From Lingula anatina (taxonomy: Eukaryota; Animalia; Brachiopoda), in assembly GCA_051362555.1 (NCBI GenBank), contig CM120649.1, forward strand, positions 4,030,001-4,094,000: 64,000 nucleotides of DNA, read 5' to 3'. The notes below the pieces were generated by a model that was given only the letters and a program-made list of their open reading frames with translations, made no database searches and was not told the DNA's origin. Position 1 is the first letter of the stretch. Each line of letters opens with the position of its first letter. The translations under genes were made by a program, and so were the position numbers. Of the stretch, positions 13,758 to 25,492 are shown piece after piece.

Positions 13758-15005
13758 AGGCATTGCAATTACCAATAGAGCAAATTCATAACTTTCCTGA
13801 AAAATTCCACTTCTTTTCTTGTATCACCAAAATATAGACCTATATCTCATTTATTCAAAATGAAATTGAGGATGTACTTTAATATTTACTTTTTAGGTAT
13901 TAAATCATTCTGGTAATGGAGATAAAGGCCGACTATTTATTTATGAATTTTTTATCATTAATTTAATATATTTTTTCTGTCGAAAGACGTTCAAATGCAG
14001 TAAACCATAGTGACTTTAAACTAAATCAGTTTTTGATATGTCACTGCCCGAAAACAACAGAGGGCGGGGTTTTTTTTAACAAAATAAAGCGAAAACACTT
14101 CCTTGAAAGACAGATTGGCGAATTTTTAGCACAAGAAAAGAGAGTTAAGTGGGCACGAATAAAAGTGCATTTGAGATGCAAAATACTTTTACAGTCAAAA
14201 GGTTCAAGCACTTCCATCGCAGTATGTTCATTTTTCTTAAAATGAATAAAACACTCCGTCCTTTTTTTTTTCAATGTTTTTGTCAATTTTGCAAAAAAAA
14301 ATAAAAAAATACGAAAACTCACACGCATAGATTTTTTATACTTAAACTTAATTTAATAAAATGCTTTACGTGTTAAATGATATGCAAGAAGGCAATCAAT
14401 TTGTCCAATCAACTTAAATGACCAAGTCTTTATGTTCATAATTGTCATATTTTTTGCTAGTCAGTTCTCCTGTCCACATTGAGCAAAATATAAATCTTTA
14501 CGTTTCTTATGATTCGAATGACTACCAATCAGATATACACATTGGGTCTACATATAAAAAGAAATGCGAACATTTTATCCCCACTTTCGTATCCATCTAT
14601 AATTATATACGAGATCCACGAGCATCTGTGAAAGAGGAATGGTAAAGACGTAGATGCGCAACTTTAATTTCTAAACCATTAATTTAAAACGCACTGCGTA
14701 TAGGAAAATTTATTTTCTTTGGGCGGGACTTATGAACCGGATTTTGAAAGTTTAAATTATTACATTACAAATATAACGTCTGTCTCCTATTCGTATCAAT
14801 TTAATAAATGATAAATTGAATTACAAAGATAACGATCATCATATGCCGATCAAAACGCTTCTGAACTGAAAACAGGACGGCAATCCTTTCAAAATTCAAC
14901 AAATAAAATCACACAAATTTAGTTTGTTTCTTTTACTCATTTAAGTGCATCAACTTTGTTTCATTATACTACGTATATTATGTATGTATATGTGTGAAAG
15001 ACGAG

Positions 15006-18000
15006 TCATTCCGAGACGATCGTATTCCAAAAACCACCAATGTGATGCCGATTTGTATACACCGGCTGTCCATTCGTCAACTCTCTTAATCCAGATCTCT
15101 GCAGTGACCTCTGACCTTTCCAGAGATCACTGGATGACCCCTGGCCTTTTCCTACGCTGAACAACGTTGCGTCTTTATTCAAAGATTTTCCGTTCAAATT
15201 AACAGTGTGGTCAACCTGCCCTAGGTTACTTTGGTCCATTTCAGATATGTTTGGACGTGCTCCATGTAGAAGAGCTTTTTCTTCCACACTGGACAGAACT
15301 TTCAGGCTCTCTTGAATGTCTGAAATTGTGAGCTCTTTTTCTTCCGATGCAATGATATCCCTACTACTACTTTGATCCCCTGACGTTTCTGTGTGCAACT
15401 TCTTTTTGTCTTTTTTGGACAATTCCTTAACCAAGGATCCCTTCTTGACTTTTGTCCTAGAAAGTTTCTTGGAACCATTGGTGACTTTTCCCTTCTTTAT
15501 GGCTCTTCCAGAAGAATTGCGCTTGAAATTAATTTTATCTTGTACCTTTTTTGTCCCTATGTGGGTATTACTTTGAACCACCCCTTGTTTCGAAGCCATC
15601 TTGGATCTTTCTCCTTTGCGGCGGTTTTGTATTTTTTCAATTATCATGGTGGGCGAGGCCTCTGCCAGTTCGCTTTTTTCCATCCATGTTGTATTCCTGG
15701 TGTAACTGTGATGGAACAGTTTGGAGTCTGGTTCAATATAAGGATGCACCGTTGAAAAATGGAATAGTAAGTCATCCCGACTTAGACTACAGCTGGAGCA
15801 TTTGAGACATAAGAAGTATGGCACCTCTTGCATGGCACCTGCTGATGGTTTTAAAGGAAAGGTGGTTGAGTGATGCATCTTCATCTTTGGTCCGAGGCTT
15901 GAATTGGTCTTGTCTGCTTTTTTCTTCCACTCTTTGGGATTTCCTCTGTTGGTAACTTGGCTGTCAGATTTTGAGCATTTTGATTTGAAGGTCGTCTTAT
16001 GTTGCTTATAAGCTGTTGTGGGTGCCATGGCGGGTTTCTTGTTTGTTCGTTTTGAATACATGTTTCTTCCATCACCAAGCATTGCATTTTTTACAGTGTC
16101 CGTCTCACCTTTCAACTTCTTTATCTTATGATAACGAACTGCTTTTATTTTTTCAATTATTGTTTCATCCGAAGCCCCTTCAAGCTCCTGTTTCTTGATT
16201 AGAGCATACCGTCTTTGGCACATACTGTAAAATGTCCTACTTTTGACAGTGATTGAGGGGTGACTGCACTCAATGTGACTAGATATAAGAGAAGGAAGTA
16301 AATAGACATAGGTACATATATAACAGCGATAATATACAACAATTTTAAAATCACTGTCTTGATTTATTTGACCATACCTTTTAAGAACTGTCAAATTTTT
16401 GGACACATTCTTGTAGGCCCTTTTCTCCTCTAACTTCTTTCGAAGTATCATGTTCACTTGGGTTTCAGAAATTCCCCTTAGTTCTTCCTTATTCATGTGA
16501 GCTGTTTCTTTGGCAAATCCTTGGTAAAATCGCTTTGACCCTTGGATAACGCTGTGTCTGGTCTGTAAGTGCACAGAAATGTCTGCCCGTTCCAGGCAGC
16601 AGTACATGCAGTTCTTACACCTAAAGAACATCACTTCATCTTTCCCATCCTCTGGTGACCTGCCTCTTTTACCCTTCACCCGTTTCTTCGCGGGGACGTT
16701 ATCTGAGGAAGATCCTGGCTGGGAGGACTGCTCCACAGCTCTGTCTTTAATCCTTGGCCAGGCTGACTGCTTTCCACTATTCCTTTGTAAAATGTTATCA
16801 CCTGAAGCCACTAAGGGGATATCCTTCAATGGACTTTCTGAGTTGTCTCTCAAGGCCTTTTTAGCCTGAAGAAACTTGGAGATTCTATTTCTCGAGGAGG
16901 ACTTAGCAGCTTTTGTGTTTAGGTTTTTTATTTCAGTATCAGCACTGTCGCCATTCGAGGGATTTTCAGTACCAGAAAGGGACTTGGCTCTTCTCTTTCT
17001 GATGGGAGATCCTGGAGTACTTGCCTTGGGTCTTTTTGCTGGAGAAGCTGTATACTCATCATTTTTTGAGATTTCAGCATGAAGACTCCTTTTTCTAGGG
17101 GATAAACTTGCACTTCCTGTCTTCAGTCTTGTTTCTTCAAAATCTGTCAGTTCAACTTCATCCAGGAGCTCAAAGCTCCTGGTTTTAGAGAAAGATCTTC
17201 CACTTCCCATCTTCCAACTTGTTGTTTCAGAATCTGCTGGTTCCTCATTTACAGGAATTTCATCCAAAATCTTGAGGCTCTTTTCTCTGGATGTGTCTGT
17301 GACATCTGTTTTCTGTAAGATCCCTACATTGTTCGTTTTTACCACCTCCAAAATTTCACAAAATTGGGAATCATCATTTTGTGCTCTTTTACACTGTTCC
17401 AAGCTAAAATCAACATACTTTTGTTGGGTGTCAAAGGAAGTGTAACCTTTATCATTTGGTACGTTCTCCACATTGGAACTACCTCCATTGTCTTGGTTGC
17501 TTAAAATTAACCCTTTTTTCTTGCGATTCAAGCTCAATTTTCGAAGTGGATCTGAAGTTAGAAAATTAGATTTCTCAACTGCTTGTCTGTCCACATTCCG
17601 CACAGCCACTGAGGCATTAGTGTTTGTGGAAATGTTCCTGATATTGGGTGCTTCACCACTATTACTGCAGTCCTTAACCTGTTGTATCAACTTCAGTTTA
17701 TTTTCCCACGGTGTCATAAAATTATCCTGGTTACTCCCTTCAGAAGTTCCTTCAAGTAAAGACGTAGAACCATCAAAAATATTTCAAATATTCAAACTAG
17801 ACAGCAGAGCTTGCAAATATACAGCCTCCAAGCAAACAAACAAAAAAAAAATTGCAACTTTTAAATAATCAATAACATTTTCTGCCAGTCAACATAAAAA
17901 ACCTGCCTTTATAACAATGACAAAAATTGTCTTTTTTTTTTTTTTTTTTGCTTACCAAAATGTTTGCTCCCCAAGTGGCCAAAGGTAGGTCCCAATAGGA

Positions 18001-19550
18001 GGGGTTGCTGCGGTAAGTTCAGGGGGACTGGACTCTTTAAAAAAGCAATCACATCCTCATCTCGCTGCAGACTGACAGCTGATGTTGACACTATTTGTGG
18101 TCTACAATTATAAAAATATACATAACAAATATATTGTATTTACTGGACATCATATCTTCTTCATTCTTCAAAATATATTAGTTAATGTAGAAAGAAGTAA
18201 TAGCAATACTATAGTTGTACTAGTAATCATATCTCAAGCTGGTATTGGACTGATTATTGGATTTTACATAACTATCTATTTACATCTGCATATTTGCTAT
18301 TAAAGATAAATTGTTTTTGTTTTATGAAGAAAGTGTGTGTGTGTGCATTTTTTTTTTTTTTTTTGTAAAAAATTTAATGGAACACGATACTGCTAATCTA
18401 GTTTTTCTTCTCTTTATACAATATAACTTCTTTTCCATTTACTAGTAACTTCATACCCAAAACTGAACTTGTTTCTTAGACTAAACATACCAAATAGAGT
18501 ATTTACAATGATATAATTATTTTAATACATGACAATGTCAACTGCCATATAATCATATGTATTTTAAAACAAGCTTCAATTTCTCCAGCTCCCACCCCCA
18601 ACAACAGCCAAAACCCACTTTCAAAACCCCATTTATTTTTTCTTTTCAATTCAAATCCTGCAAAAAGAGTAGGCTTGATGTTACCTTGTCTCCAATGCCT
18701 CATTTTTATGTCTATGTGGACCAGGATAACTCTTTTTATATGGAAAATGTACTGATGGCCGCAGGAACTGCTCATCTTCAAATTCAGAGTGAGGCAAAAT
18801 CAGAGGATTTCTCCTTGGAATTTTTGGATGAAAGATATTTGAAGAATTCCCCCTCCCACTGACAGCCTCACTGTGAGAATGTAGTGAATTTCCTCTTCGT
18901 ATTACAGCCTCATTATGAGGCAATGCCAGAGGTTTTGGTGACAATACCGAATGCTCTGGTCTGACTTCCATTACATCTGATGCACTCTGTGTTACCAAAC
19001 ATGGATGCGGAGTTGTCAGTGTCCGTCCTGTTTTAAAGCCAGACTGGGAGGATGAGGGCATCTGATATCGCCTAGACGTACTCCCTAACACTACATGAGA
19101 TTGGTTACAGGGAGATGGTGATAACAACTGCTCCCTCCCATTCAGCGAGACCTGTTGAACTGGCTGTGTACGCCCCTGTGGAAGTAATGACTGCTCGCTT
19201 GGAAATTTTGTCTGATGGTGAGGCTCTTTCAGTAATTCAAATGACTGATCCATATGTCTTTGACTTCCTGGCTTACTACGGCTGAATTGTAGGGGATTAG
19301 TGGAAATCAGTTGACTCTGATATTCAAGTAACTCGTCTCGAGTAAGATGTGAAGGAATTGGTGAAACATATGACTGCTGTCTCGTGTTTCTTGCTTTATG
19401 TTGCTGGGTTCTTAATACTAGTTCATGTGAAAAGCTCGTTTCTGCAGGATTGTGGGACTGAGACAGAAGCTGCTGTCTAGGTTGTGGGCTGGGCTTGCAT
19501 TGCAGGTTATAAAAATGTCCAGAATCAGTCAAAATGGGTTGCACTGGCAT
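15006..19550 (-). CDS. Uncharacterised ~1250-aa protein with three dispersed C2H2-type zinc-finger modules, otherwise low-complexity S/K/Q-rich
   Basis: Phase-consistent exons on minus: 19550-18685 (phase 2 donor), 18101-17956 (phase 1 donor) and 17749-15006 (AAG acceptor; an in-frame TGA lies upstream of it). The last exon includes the 903-aa ORF. Probable 5' UTR exon has its donor after 20493. Confidence 0.75.
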
Positions 19551-19752
19551 GTTCTGAAAAAAATTCCACAACTTTCATTTAAATTATTATAAGTGACTGA
19601 CTTAGTGTGTATGTGTGTGTGTGTGTGTGTGCGCGCTAAACTTTTCAGCTTACTGGCCTTTTGGACCACCACTTACAAAAAATGTTTGTCTGAATTGGGA
19701 TTCACTGGTCCAATAAAAATTTTGAAATAAAAATCACAAACTCGGGAACAAG

Positions 19753-19876
19753 TAGCACGAAAATTCATGCATTAGCACTCCTATGGACGATATTGATATG
19801 TAGTGGCTGAGTTAGCACAGCCAGTACATATATCAGAATAGTCAATATGAGTGCTTACGCATGAATTTTCGTGCTA
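19753..19876. mobile_element. Fold-back MITE (~124 bp) with a 9-bp TSD-like flank
   Basis: tagcacgaaaattcatgc ... gcatgaattttcgtgcta pairs along almost its whole length; flanked by gggaacaag and aggaacaag. Confidence 0.7.
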
Positions 19877-20328
19877 AGGAACAAGCAGAAAGCTTATTGA
19901 CAATTACCCCTTGAATAAAGAATCAACTGAAATTAAAACTGAAAAATGAAACAATTTACAAATTTGTTTTAATGATATTAAAAAATGGTCAACTGTACTA
20001 ATCAACAAATACAAAAAAGCTTTTCATATCAATTATCATGACAACATATGCAGTTTATGTAAAAGTGTGGGGTAAACACTAACATGAGGTTTTAATTAAG
20101 TACAGTACTCCTATTAACGGTATCTTGTACAGATTATACTAAAATATATACTATAACATAAGAACTGTGTCAGCAATTGTTAATTGGGACGCCTGGCCAA
20201 AGCAAGTCAAGAACAGTTTAAGCGAAATATCTTTTTTTAATTATTTGCTCTGTAAACAAAAGAGGTATGTGGTCTAAAGCATTTGGCAAAACTCCACTCT
20301 GCTAGAGGGAGCCCTAACTCAAACATTG

Positions 20329-20446
<118 letters not shown>

Positions 20447-20492
20447 CATCTGCATAAAAATACTAACCAACAACCGCTGAACAAAATCTTAC

Positions 20493-20866
20493 TGGAGATG
20501 ATGATCAAATTCCAAAGCCGAACAGACGAGAGAAATATTCCCGCTGCCATTTATATTCTTGTGTCGTTCTTAGTCACGTGTTGTATTAGTCGTAACGGAT
20601 TTAATCATAGTTAAATCGTCTTAGTATATATGTTGATCAATAATTATCTCATTATGCAATATATAAAGAGCATCATGATGTGATATAGGATAAAACATGT
20701 ATATTTTTGTTCGGAAACTCTTGTCGGCGTCCTGATGGCAAGTACCAGTTTTTGGCAGGGCGGGGAAATAGGTCAAGAAGCAACAAGGCACCGAGATAAA
20801 CAGAAGCTTGACTCACTAAACTCCACTTCATCTACTCCTAGGAAAGAGACGGGGTTTCTTTGCTTG
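20493..20866. promoter_or_regulatory. Probable bidirectional promoter with the first exons of the zinc-finger gene (-) and calpain-5 (+)
   Basis: Minus-strand donor (cttac, 20488-20492) and plus-strand donor (g|gtgagt after 20866) are ~370 bp apart. Between them are a YY1-like AAATGGCAGC on minus, an E-box gtcacgtg and a GC box gggcgggg. Confidence 0.55.
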
Positions 20867-21686
20867 GTGAGTACATGATCTACTCGACCTTTGAGTTTGA
20901 ATAAAGTGCTTTCATGGTACGGTTTGGGGAAGAGATTGATGTGATCTGACCAGAAAGTGACTCTGAATGCTGCAGTGTTTGTAATTGCAGTGGAAAAGTG
21001 TCAGTGATAATATGGAGTTTTGACAGATGGCTGTGCGTCAGGCATGGTATTGATTGCCTCCATTAAGGACTTCATGGGCGTGATAGTATTGTCTTGCAAT
21101 GGTAAACTAACCATTGGGTTGGATTCCCAGGACAATTCCTACCCTCAAAAAACACTTCTACATGTATACACATGTAGATACTGTAGATCAATAGATCGAT
21201 ATATAGATAATATACAATAATAGTAGTAGATACATTTTTAGTCTTTACAATTTTCCCCAACTAAATGTTTGTAATTAAATTATTTTTTTATTTTTAGATA
21301 TGCTAATGGGTGAATAAACCTTAATCTGTTTCGATATGGTGATGTGATAATGACTGAGTAAAATGCTGTCTTGTAGATATACTTGAGTCTGCATTATTCT
21401 GGGGTTAATTTGTGCATTTACAAAGACGTGGTATTCATTAAAAAGTGACAAACAGGGTAGTAAAATTTTTAAATTTTATCTTTTAACTTTGACATAGGAC
21501 AGATAATGGTAGGTACTGTTGTGTAGTATATAGCCCTAATATATAAGCCATGTAGTAAAATCTTTTTATTTTGACAATTTAAGAGTTCAGGGTGCTACAG
21601 TGTGTTGGCCCAGTGTACAGTATGAATAACATAGTAAAAATCCTTTAACTTTGACGATTTACAGATAATAGTCATCATCCACAGCC

Positions 21687-22955
21687 ATGGGACTGTTCAG
21701 CTCCCCTACACCCTATCACGGACAGGTATACAGTGATCTTCGCAAGCAGGCCCAGACATCAGGACATCCCTTCATAGATACAGATTTCCCTCCAGATGAC
21801 AAGTCACTATTCTATACCAAGGGGAAACTGGCAGGAGTGGAATGGAAAAGACCCAAGGCAGGTTTTTTCAGCTATAATGATGGAAATTTGAAAAAGAAGT
21901 TGAACAAGAATGATGATGATATTTGAAAATATTATGATTTTGATGATGATGATTATAATAACAAGGTCATTGAACCATAAATAAGTCACTCAGCATTGCA
22001 AAGTGCCATACTATTGATATAAATTTCTTTCATGGTTCTTTCTTTCTTAATTAATATAATACCAGTGGAATGAAAAAAAAAAGCAATTACAGTGATTGTT
22101 AATTAATTAATTAATTAATTATAAAATATCAAACTGTTTGTAGCATTAAAAAAATCTTATCCTTTTATTATTATAATTTGATTATTCTAGGATATTTGTG
22201 AAAATCCTAAGTTGTTTGTCGAAGGCACGAGTAGCGGGGACGTATCACAGGGCCAGCTGGGTAACTGTTGGTTTGTCGCAGCAGCATCTTGTTTGGCAAA
22301 CGAGAAGGCAATTTGGCAGAAGGTATGTGATACATAACGTCATCGAGGAAACGTGATGACAAATTTTAAGATTTTTATGCTGGCATATATGTTGTAAATT
22401 GTCATGTTTTAGTAAGTTCTTGTGACTTGGTGATGTCTAGATAAGGCAATATCTATTTTGTTATTGTAGTTGAATCATTTTTCTGTTTGAAAGATATTCT
22501 CCTTTGAATGTGTTAGGAACTTAGGAGAGTAGAGAATGTGTGCAAAAATTTAGGGGAAGGAGAGAATTCAATGCACAATTTGGATATTATCGTAGCATTC
22601 TCAATTCTTTCCTACTATTACTTCCTATTTTTCTTTCCAGGTTATCCCAAACCACAAGGACCAGGAGTGGGATGATCAGCATCCAGAAAAATATGGCGGG
22701 ATATTCCATTTCCAGTTTTGGCGATATGGCGAGTGGATCGATGTTGTGATTGATGATTTCTTGCCTACAATTGGGGGCCAGTTGTGCTTTGTGCACTCAA
22801 CGTCCAAGAATGAATTCTGGAGTGCCTTGCTGGAGAAGGCATACGCAAAGTAGGTGCCAGTACTAATTGCAGTAATATTTTTAAGACCACCTTACTATAA
22901 GCTTTGGTTATTAATATCTGATCTCAATTTTTTTTTTAATTAATTTTTTTTATTA

Positions 22956-22986
<31 letters not shown>

Positions 22987-24319
22987 TTTTATTTTATTTT
23001 ATTTTTTGCAACTTGTTTATATTGTAATGGTCATCAGTTACAAAACTTATTTAATATTGATGAAAATATTGTCAAATATTGTTTCTTTGTTATTGAAAAT
23101 TGTGTTGATATTGTGAAAAAAAAAAGACATTTCTGAATAAAACCAAAGAAAAGGATTTCCCTCTGTGTAAAGATGTAATTTTATCCACAGGTTATTTGGT
23201 TGCTATGAAGCACTAGATGGAGGTAGTTTGGAAGAAGCTCTCACAGATTTTACAGGTGGTATCGCAGAAGATATTAACATCAAGGAGGGCCAATACGCCA
23301 CAGACACAGTCAAGCAGATGGAATTATGGGATATGGCATACAAGGAGATCCAGAGGAGATCGCTTATGGCAGCTGCAATACCTGTATGTATATTATTATT
23401 ATTGAATATAGAATTTCATGAAAACGTTTCAATATATAATATACTTCCCTTAACTTGGACATATTATTGTGACTGAGGCATTTGTGATACAGTGTTTATC
23501 CAATTTAAGCATTTACCAAATTAAAGAATCCCCTCTTCGTGTGAATAGTTCATGGAAAAAGATGATAGATATTTACTGCTTACATAAAAGGGTGGGTGTG
23601 TATATTTGTGAGTATTAATTGGCCCCTAGTGTAATAGACATCGGGAAATGTTTTTTGGGGAATTAAAGTATGTACTTAAATATACTAAAATAGTCTATAT
23701 TTCAATGATTTTAATATAATTTTCAAAACAAAAATCTAACAAAACTCCTTCAGGCCCAATCAGCAGATGAGATGGAGGCAAAAACAGACACAGGTCTGGT
23801 GAAGGGCCATGCCTACGGAATTACCGCTGTGAAGAAAGTGCCACTAGAGGGCACTGGGCTCTTCAACTTCTTCAAGAAGGACAAAATTAAGATGGTGCGA
23901 CTGAGGAACCCGTGGGGAGGAGTTGAATGGACGGGGGCTTTTAGTGATGGGTGAGAGCTCAAGACAAAGTGATATCTACCAATATCTATCCATATCTACC
24001 AAAAGGAGCAAAATTGTAGGGTTTTATAATTAGAATTAAAACCAAGAATTTATATATATTTTATGTATATTTTCAGATTATATTTCTAACAGCAAATTAC
24101 AAATATGATTATTATTTGTAATTGTGGAATAATGTATTGAATTACACTAATGTGGTTCTGATTTTTTTTTTGTTTTTAGATCACCAGAATGGGAAAAGAT
24201 TGGAAAAGGAGATCGAGAGAAACTTGGACTGACTTTTGAAGATGATGGAGAATTTTGGTGAGCAACATTTTTATTAAAAAAGAATTGAATGGCAGAGGTG
24301 AAAATTTATTTAATTTGAT

Positions 24320-24356
<37 letters not shown>

Positions 24357-25408
24357 AACAGTTGCATTGTTCAAAGAAAAATTTGAGCTTATTAAATCTG
24401 ATAACAAATTTTGACAGCTTTTCAGTTTATGTACCCTCTCTGTAGATTTATTATGATTAGCTCACATTTCCACATTCCAGTATAAACGATTCACAATAAT
24501 AGCAATATAAGCTAAAATAGCTTTTATTAGTAATTCACCAACAAGACTATAGAGGTCACTGCTTGGTAATCTCAAGCCAAGATGGGGTATCTTCCCTAAC
24601 TATGGATTTAAGTTCATTTTAATGGAGTATTAAAATTATTTTCAATCTCTAGGATGACTTTCGATGACCTCTGCACCTGTATTTATATTTTATCCTATAG
24701 GATGACTTTTGATGACCTTTGTACCTAAATTTTATATTTTATTCTATAGGATGACTTTTGATGACCTTTGTACCTAAATTTTATATTTTATTTTATAGGA
24801 TGACTTTCGATGACTTCTGCACCTATTTCACCAATATGGCCATATGCAGGGTGGTGAATACATCATTCTTCAGCCTTCACAAGGCGTGGTGGGAGGCAAA
24901 GTTTCACGGTGCCTGGAAAAACCCCATGAGAGCTGGTGGCTGTTTGAACAACAAAGACACATTTTTGAGGAATCCTCAGGTATAAATAAATAAATAAATA
25001 AATAAATAGGAGGTTATATGAACTTCAAGTGTTTGCAAGGTCAGATTATACCATATTAAAAACTAAAACATTTTAGAAAAAAAGTACTTAGTCTAGTAAA
25101 TCATTTCGAAAAAGACGAATTAAAAATTTTTATCTATGGCATGACCTCTTGACCCTTCATCCAAGTCCCTTGATCAATCTGACTTACCAATGTACTTTTT
25201 TTACCGTCTAAAGTATACAAAAGAGACACTTATTTCATCATGTTGTTATTGTAACAGTCGTTATGTTATACCAAAAGTTTCATTTTTTTTCAGTACGTCT
25301 TCAAGATAACAGATGAAGAAGATGAGGTGATGATCTCTCTGATGCAGAAGAGTGGGCGTGGAGACGGAGACCCAGATAAACTGACAGTGGGATTCTCAAT
25401 AATGAAGG

Positions 25409-25492
<84 letters not shown>

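Noticed and set aside
20493-20550. ATG at 20550 (minus) as start codon of the zinc-finger gene
   Set aside because: The exon would be 58 nt (phase 1) but the next exon is phase 0. It is more likely 5' UTR or a YY1-like motif, unless an exon was missed.
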